This document shows, one piece after another, positions 12,919 to 26,552 of a stretch of DNA of 64,000 bases. The number at the start of each line of letters is the position of its first letter. The first letter of the stretch is position 1. Under the pieces are notes generated by a model. That model was given only the letters and a program-made list of their open reading frames with translations. It did not search any database and was not told the DNA's origin. This DNA comes from Octopus bimaculoides (Eukaryota): the NCBI RefSeq assembly GCF_001194135.2, contig NC_068993.1, positions 47,691,169 to 47,755,168 of the forward strand, given 5' to 3'. The position numbers and the translations under genes were made by a program.

Positions 12919-13449
12919 CATGTAGATGTGCGTGTGTGTGTCTGTGCGTTTGTGTGCATCTGCGTTTGTGTAGAGAACACACCAATGCGAGTGTGTGCTT
13001 CTCTCAGCAATGTTTCTAAATGTATCTCCATTCATCTGAGTCACTCCATGCTCTAATCTGTGTCATGCTTATGCAGCTCCTCATTAATTATTAATTTAGT
13101 CGTTTTTCCTGTGCTTACACTTGTTTCAACTTGAGAACTGAGGCCATGCTGTGATTCCACCGCTTGTTTTGCTACACTATCAGTATATCACTACTTGAAA
13201 CCTTCTCTGATTTGTTGAATGAAGGAGTTTGATGTTGCTGCCCACATTTGCGTTTCCTGCATCGAGGTAGGTTCATTCGGAGCACTCAACAGGAGATCAT
13301 GATTTATTTTAAAGACCCCTGCACCCAACGTATGTTGGGAGGATATAAAAGAGCTGTGGCCTCTCGAAATAAATGCTTAGTACATGTATGCATATACTCA
13401 TACACACATCCACACACACACATATACATATATATATACATTTGTTTGA

Positions 13450-14470
13450 GTCTAGCTAGACTCAAACGATCCATAATAGATAAACGCCCTTCCCCATCAT
13501 GCAACCTTACTAAATCCCAATTCCTGACCTTGCAAAACCTAAGACACAAAAACCTCATCTACCTACTTTCACACAAAGGGAAAGAATTCTGCATTATAGA
13601 CAAACCCACTTACAATAAACTAGATTTCGAACGCTTCAGTGACACCACACTATACGAAAAGATTCACAACATCACACCTCACCGACTGGAGTCAACGATC
13701 AACACCAGCTGGAATCTCACCAAAGAAATCTCACTAAGAAGACTAGAATTAACTACACATCTAAAAACACTACCCTTCCATCCTTCTACCATTTAATAAA
13801 AAAACACAAAACCGAACCTAAGCTTAACATTAGACCCATAATATCAGGAATTAACGTTACTTTCTAAAAGATTTCTTGGCCCCTCTCTAAACACCTCAAG
13901 CCCTTACTACACGCATTCCCCTGACACGTCAGCAGCTCCCACAAAATCTTCACAAGACTCAAAGATGCCGACCCCTCCATACCTAAAACTAACAAATATC
14001 CTTTTAGTTTAGACGTAGTTTCCCTCTACACCTCTGTACCCGCTCTCCTGGGTCGTTGATACCCTCATAGATCCCATCACGTCCGTATCTCTCTCACATT
14101 TCCTTGCCCCCCCCCCCCNNNNNNNNNNNNNNNNNNAATCTCTCTCCTCATCTCTCCCTCCCTGCCTCCCCTGCAACCTCCTCCTAACCAACTATCCTTT
14201 CATCTTCTCTCACCTCCCGTCCATGATCTTCCAGCTCTTCGGCCTCACACACTCGGACGTACTAGAGTTACTAACCATTATATTTGGTAACACCTACTTC
14301 CAATATAACCGTGCGATTTACAAACAAAATTCCGGCCTACCTTTGTGATCTGGCTCTTCAGGCCTGCTGGCCATCACGTACATGGATAAGCTAGAACACA
14401 CAGCACTCGACACCAGCCACTCATGCATTTTCTTCAGGTACGTTGATGACACCCTTATCATCACATACTT
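13450..14470 (+). pseudogene. Penelope-like retroelement reverse transcriptase, inactivated
   Basis: Ordered motifs HKGKEFCIIDK..Y, KKHK...NIRPIISG, SLDVVSLYTSVP, YFQYN..IYKQNSGLP, LLAITYMDKLE and RYVDDTLII, with stops, frameshifts and a small gap. Confidence 0.9.
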
Positions 14471-14478
14471 ATAATACT

Positions 14479-14515
<37 letters not shown>

Positions 14516-15222
14516 AATATATATACATGCCTACATACATACAAACACGCACATATGTATATATATATATATGTACATACGCATAGATGTATATGTAGTC
14601 AAATCTGTCTCGTTATACATATAATGTATTTGAAATACATATATAAATGTAGGTACGGATAAATATAGATAAGTCTCTGTAGACATATATATCAACGCAC
14701 ATATATATGTGACATCGCCGAAATTATTGTGATTAAAACCTAAGTATGCACTTGTGTGTAAACAAATATTCATAGCAACTCCTACTTTTATACACCCAAC
14801 AATTTCTAATATAATGTATCTAGATCAAATATACAAAATCTACTATCTTATTCTATAGGTACATTCCGGCAAATTGTTTCTCGGGGCAACAAGAAGAAAA
14901 CGAGTTTAAACGAAAGTAAACATATTTTAGGAAGAATATTGTGTACGAAATCGATAGATAGTACTAGTGATTAAAGCAACGATTCATACTGGAGCCATTG
15001 TAAAAACATTAATAAAGATCAAAGTGAGAGAAAATTATTGAAGTATTTCTCAGTCATCAATTTATTTTTATTTCTGTTTTGGAAATAATTGATGTAATAA
15101 TGATAGTAGTTTTACCTGTCGTTTCTCTGGAGTCTTCTTAAACAAAGTCATTATCTTGGTTTACTGAGACACATATCAGGCATCAAGGTGATTTCATTGG
15201 GCTTGGTATTACATATATGCAT

Positions 15223-15291
<69 letters not shown>

Positions 15292-16200
15292 NNNNNNNNN
15301 NNNNNNNNNNNNNNNNNNNNNNNNNNNNNNNNNNNNNNNNNNNNNNNNNNNNNNNNNNNNNNNNNNNNNNNNNNNNNNNNNNNNNNNNNNNNNNNNNNNN
15401 NNNNNNNNNNNNNNNNNNNNNNNNNNNNNNNNNNNNNNNNNNNNNNNNNNNNNNNNNNNNNNNNNNNNNNNNNNNNNNNNNNNNNNNNNNNNNNNNNNNN
15501 NNNNNNNNNNNNNNNNNNNNNNNNNNNNNNNNNNNNNNNNNNNNNNNNNNNNNNNNNNNNNNNNNNNNNNNNNNNNNNNNNNNNNNNNNNNNNNNNNNNN
15601 NNNNNNNNNNNNNNNNNNNNNNNNNNNNNNNNNNNNNNNNNNNNNNNNNNNNNNNNNNNNNNNNNNNNNNNNNNNNNNNNNNNNNNNNNNNNNNNNNNNN
15701 NNNNNNNNNNNNNNNNNNNNNNNNNNNNNNNNNNNNNNNNNNNNNNNNNNNNNNNNNNNNNNNNNNNNNNNNNNNNNNNNNNNNNNNNNNNNNNNNNNNN
15801 NNNNNNNNNNNNNNNNNNNNNNNNNNNNNNNNNNNNNNNNNNNNNNNNNNNNNNNNNNNNNNNNNNNNNNNNNNNNNNNNNNNNNNNNNNNNNNNNNNNN
15901 NAGATAGATAGATAGATAGCAACGTAAAAACATTACGGAGGATATATTATAAATAATTAAGATTATTTATGACTATATCAATGGCAAAACATTTTATCGT
16001 AAACTACAAAGAAGAAAAACGTTTATAATTAAGAACAAATCACAATTATAACTAAGAGGGTTAGAAAACGTTTACATGTTAAATATATTAACCAAAACCG
16101 CTATAAAGCCATTATATTACTCATATTATTTCTCCTCACGATGAACCCTGTCTTCGGGCGACATGGCAAATAGAATCCACGACTTGAAAATAACTGGTTA

Positions 16201-16266
16201 ATTCCTTATTGCAATTTCGACGTTAGGGAACTCTTAAGGGACCCATTCGCGTCGTCAGGGGAAATA
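16201..16266 (-). ncRNA. Minimal type I hammerhead ribozyme-like motif (PLE type)
   Basis: Minus strand: ATTTCCC CTGACGA C ...GTC GAA ATTGCAAT A AGGAAT. Core CUGANGA/GAAA, palindromic stem III, AUA cleavage triplet. Confidence 0.55.
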
Positions 16267-16527
16267 TTCCTATAGATAGAAATCAAATCATGATTTTACC
16301 TTGGGGCTAGCATGAATCCCTACCGGCAATAGAAATGTTTCAACCTCTATCTACGCAATCAAGTTTTGAATTCAAATGCCAAAACAGCGTTTAATGTGAA
16401 AAGACCGGTAATTTCAAGCCACAGCGAAATCACCGGATATGAGTTGGGAAATTTTAAATAAGTAAACTTATAGATAGACAGATACAAACGTGTTTGTTTG
16501 TATGGAAATATATGTATATCTATCTAA

Positions 16528-16579
<52 letters not shown>

Positions 16580-16741
16580 ATATATATATATCTATCTATC
16601 TAATTAACATAATATGGTAAAAATTCGATATTAATTAATATCAATTTAATACCAGGAAACNNNNNNNNNNAAGCTCACATTATTTGAGAATTTTTTAAGT
16701 GAGCTTCTTCTAGCATACTGACAGACCGGTCACTGGTCAAT

Positions 16742-16775
<34 letters not shown>

Positions 16776-18198
16776 CATAAACACGTTTGTATCTGCCTCT
16801 TTTTAAGTCTATTCTTTTTATTTATCTCTCTCTTACTTTTGGTCCTCTTCCCCATCATCCTCCTCAACATCATCATATTCACCAGCACACTCATCACCAC
16901 CAATTGTCATCATCACCATCATCATTACCATTATTGTCGTCGTTGTCGTCGTCGTCATCGTTATAATAATTACAGTCGTCATCACCGGTGCATATGTTTT
17001 TATCTCACCGTCTCTCTCTTTCTCCAACCCACCCACCCTCATCTTTTATCTGCCTCCATAGTATCCAGTTGCTAATAAATTTACAGGCTGTGATAAATGT
17101 GTGTACAGGCAATAGTAATAAGCGACACAACAGGCAGCGAAGACAATGCATCAATTCACTGCTGCTCTACTCCAACATTTTACATCAGTATTCATCTGAT
17201 TGTCAACCACCAATTGTGACTGCTATTTTACGTTGTCCAGCAAATTAGAAAACCTGAAAGTGATTTGCGAACATCTTATACGCAAATACACATTCATAAT
17301 TTCTCACTGTGGACACAGTCATGCTGCTGTGGAATGTTAGGAGGTTTTCTTTTTTAACATTCAGGTTTAAGGTTTCGATCGCTATGTACGCAAGACATTG
17401 CATTTAAAATTTGTGTTATAGTCTCATTTTTGGAGAACGCCTGTGTTTGCGCATGCATGTATGCATGTGTGCATGCATTTATACGTATAGATAGATAAAN
17501 NNNNNNNNNTGCATTTATACGTATAGATAGATAAATAGATAGATAGAAGCATACATGCATACAGAGTATATGCATAGGTATAAATACACACACACACACA
17601 CACATACACACATATATATATATATACGTATAAACATATATTTGTGTATATAGATACGTACATATATGTATGTATGTATGTATGTATGTATATATATATA
17701 TCTGTATATATATATATNNNNNNNNNNNNNNNNNNNNNNNNNNNNNNNNNNNNNNNNNNNNNNNNNNNNNNNNNNNNNNNNNNNNNNNNNNNNNNNNNNN
17801 NNNNNNNNNNNNNNNNNNNNNNNNNNNNNNNNNNNNNNNNNNNNNNNNNNNNNNNNNNNNNNNNNNNNNNNNNNNNNNNNNNNNNNNNNNNNNNNNNNNN
17901 NNNNNNNNNNNNNNNNNNNNNNNNNNNNNNNNNNNNNNNNNNNNNNNNNNNNNNNNNNNNNNNNNNNNNNNNNNNNNNNNNNNNNNNNNNNNNNNNNNNN
18001 NNNNNNNNNNNNNNNNNNNNNNNNNNNNNNNNNNNNNNNNNNNNNNNNNNNNNNNNNNNNNNNNNNNNNNNNNNNNNNNNNNNNNNNNNNNNNNNNNNNN
18101 NNNNNNNNNNNNNNNNNNNNNNNNNNNNNNNNNNNNNNNNNNNNNNNNNNNNNNNNNNNNNNNNNNNNNNNNNNNNNNNNNNNNNNNNNNNNTATATA

Positions 18199-18233
<35 letters not shown>

Positions 18234-18260
18234 GCAAACATACATACACATATATATACA

Positions 18261-18695
18261 TATAAAGTGTATAATTTTATGAATATAATTATAAAATTAT
18301 AATAAGGGCAATTTCTAGGTAGAAGAAGACGCCAAATGGCTCTAAACTACTTTATCTACCACATACACGCACGCTGAAAGCGAGGGAATGAAGATAAACT
18401 ATTTTTGCGAAAGTTTAGCTATATATCGATCGATTTCAGGCTTAGTTATCTTATACACTCCACCAACATGAGTATGACATAACCAAAAGTACATAATTAT
18501 AAACATACTGAAGTCGATCGATATATAGCTAAACTTTTTCAAACAGTCCTTTTTGTTCGTTCCCTTGCTTTCAGTGCGTCTATGTGATAGATAATGTATC
18601 TTAGAGCCATTTGGCGTCTTCTAGGATGTGGCATTACTTGGTAGTTGGCCTTACCATAATTTTATAATTATATTTATAAAGTTATATACTTTGTA
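18261..18695. mobile_element. Foldback / MITE-like element
   Basis: Imperfect inverted arms at about 18261-18439 and 18508-18695 (for example gacgccaaatggctctaa vs ttagagccatttggcgtc) around a spacer of about 70 bp. Confidence 0.8.
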
Positions 18696-18796
18696 TTATT
18701 TTTTACATTAATTGATTTTTACATGCTAATTATTTGATAAAATCCTATACAAATTATATTTGTATCCTTAATTTTAATTTTTATATAAAAATGCAT

Positions 18797-18870
<74 letters not shown>
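18797..18870. repeat. (AGAT)n microsatellite
   Basis: Perfect tetranucleotide run. Confidence 0.97.
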
Positions 18871-18871
<1 letters not shown>

Positions 18872-19208
18872 TGGCAAATGAAAGACAGAAGATGGAATAT
18901 ACGAGAATTTATTAATTATGACAATTATTTCGACACATCTAGTATAGATCCCTCATATGTGAGACACCCAGCAACTGGTTCAGGAGCATCCGGTGATGCA
19001 GATGTATCTCATTGGGTGATAAATAGATACACCTTTTTAAAATACATAGACACATCGTCTTCTTTCTCTCTGTCTCACTCTTATTCTTATGCACACAGAT
19101 ACGCTCATTCAGACAGAAGGACATTGCATTAGCGATTCCACGCCTGAGATCTGATATATAGTTTGGTAGAGACGTATTAACCGAAACATTATACATAGAT
19201 ACATACAT

Positions 19209-19325
19209 GCGACGGGATGCTGAAAAGTTCCTGGCTTTAAGGGTATCGAGAAAAGTCTGGTTTGAGGCCCAACATTCCAACTTGATTTACAGGGCTTAGT
19301 AAAACTGAGGGACCGGTATAACGAG
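19209..19325. mobile_element. Non-autonomous mariner end fragment
   Basis: gacgggatgctgaaaagttcctggc resembles mariner TIRs (tacgagg...gaaaagt). Confidence 0.45.
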
Positions 19326-19399
19326 TGCCTGTTGTTATACTCGTAAAATTGCGAGAAGGTTTATGTGTCTGTTGTTGGTGTTGTTAAAATAAAATAAAT

Positions 19400-19649
19400 A
19401 AATGCGCCCCTTTAAAGCCTTGCCAGGCTCATGGACCCGGTTTCCCGGTTTCTATGGCGTATGTATTCCCCAGCTGGACGGGACGCCAGTCCATCGCAGC
19501 ATTTACTCATTTTTGCCAGCTGAGTGGACTGGAACAACGTGAAATGAAGTGTTTTGCTCAAGAACATAACCCGCCGCCCGGTCCAGGAATCGAAACCACA
19601 ATCTAACGATCATGATGCCGTTACCCTAACCTCTAAGCCACGCGCCTCC
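19400..19649 (-). mobile_element. tRNA-derived SINE, family C
   Basis: Minus-strand head ggaggcgcgtggcttag...ggtttcgattcc (A/B boxes) and central cttgagcaaaacacttcatttcacgttg; second copy at 28335-28577. Confidence 0.85.
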
Positions 19650-19969
19650 TATTGGTGTTATTGTTTAGCCTTAAATCAGCTCTAGAATGTGATCATAAAT
19701 GTGTTTGACTGATAATGTATTTAGCTGAAACTTAACATTTTCCACCATAACTTGCCATCTGACGGAACGAATGGGGAATGAAAACTCCGAGTAATCGCAG
19801 AAATTAGCCGAATAAACCTTGCAGTTATTTAGTATGCTTTAATCCATTTGTTTTCATATGTGACCTCTCCCTCCCGTTGTCTACATGTCTCTCTCCCACC
19901 ATATCTCTCGTTCTCATCCTCTGTCTCTCTTTCTGTCTGTTTTGTCAGTCTATCTGTTTCTCTGTTTCC

Positions 19970-20027
<58 letters not shown>

Positions 20028-21124
20028 NNNNNNNNNNNNNNNNNNNNNNNNNNNNNNNNNNNNNNNNNNNNNNNNNNNNNNNNNNNNNNNNNNNNNNNNN
20101 NNNNNNNNNNNNNNNNNNNNNNNNNNNNNNNNNNNNNNNNNNNNNNNNNNNNNNNNNNNNNNNNNNNNNNNNNNNNNNNNNNNNNNNNNNNNNNNNNNNN
20201 NNNNNNNNNNNNNNNNNNNNNNNNNNNNNNNNNNNNNNNNNNNNNNNNNNNNNNNNNNNNNNNNNNNNNNNNNNNNNNNNNNNNNNNNNNNNNNNNNNNN
20301 NNNNNNNNNNNNNNNNNNNNNNNNNNNNNNNNNNNNNNNNNNNNNNNNNNNNNNNNNNNNNNNNNNNNNNNNNNNNNNNNNNNNNNNNNNNNNNNNNNNN
20401 NNNNNNNNNNNNNNNNNNNNNNNNNNNNNNNNNNNNNNNNNNNNNNNNNNNNNNNNNNNNNTATATATATATATATGTATATACATGGATGTATATGTAT
20501 ATATCATTATGTATGTGTCTGTTTGTGTATGTGCGTGTGTGTGTGTGTGTAAACACCCTTTAGAACAGATATTCAATATGCTTCATCAATTTTCAGAATC
20601 TTCAGCAGTTTATAGAGAGGTAATAAAATAGAAACGGCAATATTATTAGATATATAAAATTCTTTGATTTATGAAATTAAATAAACAATTATTGACATGA
20701 AGTCTATACGTGTCATAAACCATATTAGATGTTAAAGTTATATTTTATGTGTTATCCCTTTATGGAAAATCTTTAATAAGAGAAATACATCCTCTTATAG
20801 TCGTAGACAACCGATAAAATATATAATTGCTTTGTGACACGACAATATTGTACATATATATTTAAAATATGCCTGCATATAAGAGAATCATATCTAACGA
20901 AGTCGAGATGATTAAATAGATAGACTTGAAAGTATATTGCAGCTATGTAACCAAGGCTGATCATGTATATTGCAGTATATTTCAGGTACGTAACTAAGAC
21001 TAATTTAATAATCTATTTAAAACAAACGATTTTGTGGATGGCTAAAGCATTTATAGAGATGCCTTTGGCGAGCCTAAGAAAACTGAAAATGTGCTTACAA
21101 CTGTTCCTAATTTTCTATCTACAA

Positions 21125-21342
21125 CGCGGTGAGCTGGCAGAAATGTTAGCAAGCCGGGTGAAATGCTTAGCGGTATTTCATCTGCGTTTACGTTCTGAGT
21201 TCAAATCCCGCCGCGGTCAACTTTGCCTTTCTTCCTTTCGGGGTCGATAAAATTAAGTACAAGTTGCGTACTAGGGTCAATCTAATCAACTGGGCCCCTT
21301 CCCAAAAATTTCGGGCCTTGTGCCTAGAGTAGAAAAGAATAT
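21125..21342 (+). mobile_element. SINE family A, well preserved
   Basis: Complete head, core and tail. Confidence 0.9.
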
Positions 21343-21599
21343 TCTGTTTAGCTGTTTAGAAAATTGTTAAAATTCGCTCATTGGTCAATCGAGATTAATT
21401 TAGATCCTAATGCTAGTGAGATGTTAGGGCAGCAAGCTGACGGTATCATTAGCGACTTGGACAAAATGTATAATATTCTGACATCAAAACACGCTGAGGT
21501 CGACTCCGCCGTTTATGATTTCGTGGTCGGCAAAATAAATACCAGTGCTGGTTATAATTTCTGAAGAATATCTGTAGAGATAACCTCAGCAAGTGATTA

Positions 21600-22170
21600 T
21601 AACCGGTGTTCCGTGGAAAAGTGTCTCCGGAAAGTGGTCATTGCTGTATTGGAGAGCAGAAAGGATTGACAGAAGTGAAAAGACCAGTGTGTTGGGGTTG
21701 CCCAATAGTTGGAGGCGGGAGACAAGCCGCCTCCAAATGTAACAGCCATGAAACGTTGTGAGCGTTGAAGACAGTGATGGTGATAAATGAGGAAAAGATA
21801 ATGGTTGGAAAGATGTTTTTCAGTGTGGAAAGAGATAAGGTCAAAAGAATGCTAGTACTTTGTGGAGTTCGAGGACCAAAAGATGTGACAGGTATATTTG
21901 GCAAAAGAGAGCGCAAACCATCCAGACATAGAGACCTTGAAATCGTTGGTGCTCAAATCCAGGTGATAGCAGGCGAGGGGGGAAGATGGGGATGGTAAGA
22001 CGGAAGAGCAGGAGAGAATGAGAGTTGAGTCATCGCAACTTGAAGACTACTTTTTGGAGAGAAATTTGAGCAGCCAGTTTATCGTGGACAGTAAAAGATA
22101 GATTGTGAATAGGGATTGAGAAATTTGGGTCTTAGAGTAAAATATGATGCGCAGTTAGCTTGTATAGAAG
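21600..22170 (-). pseudogene. Decayed LINE AP-endonuclease (CR1/Jockey-like)
   Basis: Fragments SKTQIS, LACYHLDLSTNDFKV and VFNAHNVSWL (compare SETQ and GDFNAHH..WL) in collinear order across frames. Confidence 0.4.
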
Positions 22171-23379
22171 AAGCAATGTGCAGGCTCAAGTTTTTAGAAA
22201 AGAGTTGTGTTGTTTGAGAAGATGGACGCTTGACATACAGCGATTGTATGTTTTTGATTGTTCCACCTCCCTATGTTGAATTGTTACGTAATCTATTCTG
22301 CTTGGTTACGTACTTTTGATGATTCTGCTGGGATGGTTTTCCTTGTATGCTGCAATCAAGCATCCATCTGCCTCATCATTGAATCTCTCCCACGATTCTC
22401 GGCTATTGTTGTGATATTTCAATATCTATTTACATCATATTCAGTATTTTCTTGGCATTCTCCATTTATCTGTATATTTTTTCCCTTACGTTTGTGCAAT
22501 TTTAGTTTTTATACATTCTCCACGAGAGACTCAATCACATCAGCATCTTTTTTCTGTTGGCTGGATTCCTTCAAAGCACAAAGTAGTTTCGTTGTTTAGT
22601 TTACGTATTTATATTTGTCTACAGTTATTTTTCCTGTATCATTTTGTAGTGCTACAGTGCGTATTTTTAGTAGCTTTATTTTCAAATGGGCTGCATCTCC
22701 CTTAGTAGGTGATAAATATAAATTTTTATGTCATATTTTGGGCCGTGTATTTTAAATGCAGCAAATATAATTGTTTTTTCAGTTTAGTCTTCCAATTCTA
22801 AAACTTTCTCTATAATCTCTTTCTAGAAAAACTAGAGTAACGAATCCTATTATCTTTTGTGTATCCATTTACTTTTGTTTTATGTATTCAATTAAAATTT
22901 CTCTAATAATCCTGTTCTATGTTTTCCATTTTCTTTGTATATTCTTTATTCTGTCTACTGTATTGACTACTAATATTCTGAAAACATTTTGTCGAATTTT
23001 CTTACCTAATGGCACGTTAATGCTCATAAATGATTCCCATCTCTTCAAATTTGTCTTAGCTCATATTTCTTGTAATTGGAAATGAATTTACTTCATACTC
23101 TGCAATATGGCTTCTAGTTGCTACTTAACTGTATTCTATATCTTGAGGTCATCTATATGCAAAACTGAGTGCTTGAGTAACCTTGGCATTTGTATTTTAC
23201 TTCAACCAAATTGAATATGTCATGTAAAGGAACTAAACAAACAAGGAGTTGGTATGTTGCTAAAAGGTGTTAACTAAGTAGAAGAATATATACATAGGCA
23301 TAGTTTTAATTCTCTCTTTTCTATACTTGCAATATTGATTGCCACTTACACTTTAGAGTTGCTTCATATATCTGCTTAT

Positions 23380-24000
23380 TATTGACGTTGCCTTAGTCGA
23401 GGCTGATGGATCGAAGAGTAAATGACATAGCCCAAAGCTTTCCATCTGTCAATCTTTGCTATGTTTCCAACATTCATTCCCTTATTACAATCTTTAAGCA
23501 TGGTTTTTGCCGTTTAGTGATTGGCCTCTGCATACATAAAAGCCTTTTACATTTTCCCACCTGCAGCCTTGTAAGCAGACGGAATTTTCTCACTACTCAT
23601 TTATTCATTACAATGTTATTTACTTACTAGTCGGCGTCAAAATCATCGATTATATGCCTCTACGTTTTAACGCTTTCTTCAGTTTTTTGGTGAATCATAG
23701 TTTTCTCAGTGAGCCAAACATATGTTTCTATGGCAGTTAAAATTTGGTAACGCAGACCTCTGACAGTACATTACCAGTTCTGCTAAATAGATTAACTGTT
23801 GCTTCGGATAGTAGCATATTCAAGTTCTTTTTTTTTTTGTGCCTCTCGGATAAGTCCCGAATTGCTAAAACTTCCGAAAAGACATTAGATGTTGTGTGCA
23901 TTGTTTCCTACAAACCTGCACATTATGATATCTAATCCATTCATTCCACCCACAGAATAGTTCTCATCTTCTTGCCATTCGTGCTGCATTAATTTCTATT
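23380..24000 (-). pseudogene. Possible RTE-like RT relic
   Basis: MCRFVGN and AIRDLSERHKKKKNLNM loosely match QCGF...LRQLQEKH.E.NK.LYM. Confidence 0.25.
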
Positions 24001-26496
24001 TTCCATTTATCTAAGATTTGATAGAATCATTTTTTTTTTAGGTGTCGAGGAGCTTAATTTGTTAAAATATTAGAAAGCATCATTTTTTTACATTTAGGGA
24101 ATATCAGTTGTAGGAAATCTTTGATTACAGAAGCACCATTTCGTTCTGAGGGTGGGGAGGGTCGTTACTATATTTCTCGTAATATTTGTCCACTTGAAAT
24201 CAGCTGTATTGGTTTGTTATTGTTTCATTCCTGAGTGTCATGGGCTACCCTTTACTATTTTTTTTTTTGTGCTGCATGTTTCCTTTTTTATGTAGTTTGC
24301 TTGAAATATGACATTCTTATACAAGCAGATCTGACTTTCTTTTTTAAGTACCTCATTTTATTGCTGCTGCTACGTTTGCACTGGGGCTCATTCAAAGGAT
24401 TATTTAGCAAGCTAATCGGAATGTAGTTGCCTTCGGATTTAAGATTTCACCACAGAGGTGGAAGCCGTACACAGAAATACGTTCTCAATTTATTTTCAAA
24501 CGAAAAGAAAATTATCAAGCAACAACCTTAGATATTTATACTTGCCCAATTTAAGATGAAATTGGAAATTTCTATTACAAAAGAAAAATATCTAAAGTAC
24601 GGCTATAGTATCAACAACAGCAGCAATATTAGATCAAATGTTAATTTTGTGGGGGTCAAAAGTACGGACTTTACTTTGCTCAATATAAATGGAAAATGAG
24701 TGGATAATTTATGTCAGTTAAGGTGATGACAATTTAACCGATAAGTTTATCTGCATGTGTATGAAGGTGTGTTAGTATGAACAAGACTACTTTAATATTG
24801 TACTCAGAGATGTGGAGAGTTCTATTAGAGAATATAGCAGAACTAATGACTTTTTGCTGCACTCATCTCTCAGGTGTGAGAGGGAAAAGATGTCCTTAAA
24901 CAGCGGGTCTAGCTTGAATACATGCAACAGAATGGGCCTGACTAATAGCATACAATCTGATGTTAGCTGAGTGTCAGATTAATCAACCAGCGTGGTAGGC
25001 CATGTGAAACTTTGAATTTAGGACGCAATGAAAGGAAGAATCCACCGCAACGCATCATACATATCCCTCGCTTTAATGATTTATGATTGTCTACGACTAA
25101 ACGCTGGAACTTTATTTATCGACCGTGAAAGGACAAAAAACAGAGTTGACTTCGTCAAATTTCAACACAAAATGACTGAAACAAGAAGTAGATATTAGGA
25201 GAGGTCGAGGAAAGTAGCCTTACTAGCAGTAATTAATCGCAAGAGGTGATGAGCAGGATTGCAATTAACGCCGTTACCAGTTGAATGGGCAGTAAAGCTC
25301 AGAGAAAGCCTAGAACAAGCTACATCCATAGCAGGAAGTGGCGATGTACGAGAAAGTAATTAAGTCTTCCTTCAACACAAAACCGAGTACGGACTATGAG
25401 TAGTACCACGACCCTATTGTCTGGTGGGCACCGGAGGGTATAAAAAGTGAGATAAAATGGAAATTACGTTAATAAAAAAGAACACTGATGTGGAAATACA
25501 ACACTAAGTCCAAACAAAAATTAGACCTTCATGAAAGTCTAACTTCCCTCCTGGAATTCCTATTGTCCAAATAGCAATTCGTAGACTTCCTCTTTTGAGT
25601 ATGGGTCTAAAAGATGACCGATTAAATATTAGATGACTTGAAGAGAAAATAGCTTGAAAGCCAGACGAATCTTGACAAATAGGTGATTGATTCACCAAGA
25701 CAACGGAGAAACAACAGCTGACTGACGTATCCCGTTCAACATTATTCAAAACACTTCAGCTCTTAGCAATTTCGGACAAACACTATGTGCAAAAGGTGAG
25801 CAGAAAGGAAAAATTGTTAGAGTCGATGCATATCTTTATCCTGCATAGGTAGAGGTTATTTGTTCTCTTTAGTGAATTCTCATTATATGTATTTATATTT
25901 GTATTTTTATTTTCTACTAAATATTCCAACATGTCAATGTAGTGTATTGTATCGCTTGTATACATCGTTTCCATCGCACGCATGCGCACAAACACACACA
26001 AACACACACACACACACACCCTCTACTCATACACGTACACACATAGATATACTTGTATATACTGTGTACATATACACATATGTATACGCACATGTAAATT
26101 TACATGTTTATATATACATATTTACACATACAAGCATGCATACATTCATACATGCATAAATATTTATATCTATAATTATATCTATATATATGAGTGTGCT
26201 TATCCAAGACCTCAAAAAAAAAACTGGCAAAAAAAACAATGCAATACACACATCTGAGATAAATAACAAGTAAATTAAAAACAATATTTCATATTAAAGC
26301 TCTGCAATGAAAAGAATCTGTATTTGGAGATGTAAGATAAAGGAGATATTTTATCCATATTTTATATCGTATGTATAATATGATATGTACGTATGGATTT
26401 ATGTACGCATATATGTATTTGTGTGTACTTGGGTGTATACAATTGCATGTTAATATTATTTCAAAAGTCCCTCACCTCTCTCTCTCTCTCTCGCTG

Positions 26497-26552
<56 letters not shown>

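Noticed and set aside
22250-23250. Possible further decayed LINE endonuclease
   Set aside because: Only a PSRIDYV-like fragment; not enough ordered motifs to call.
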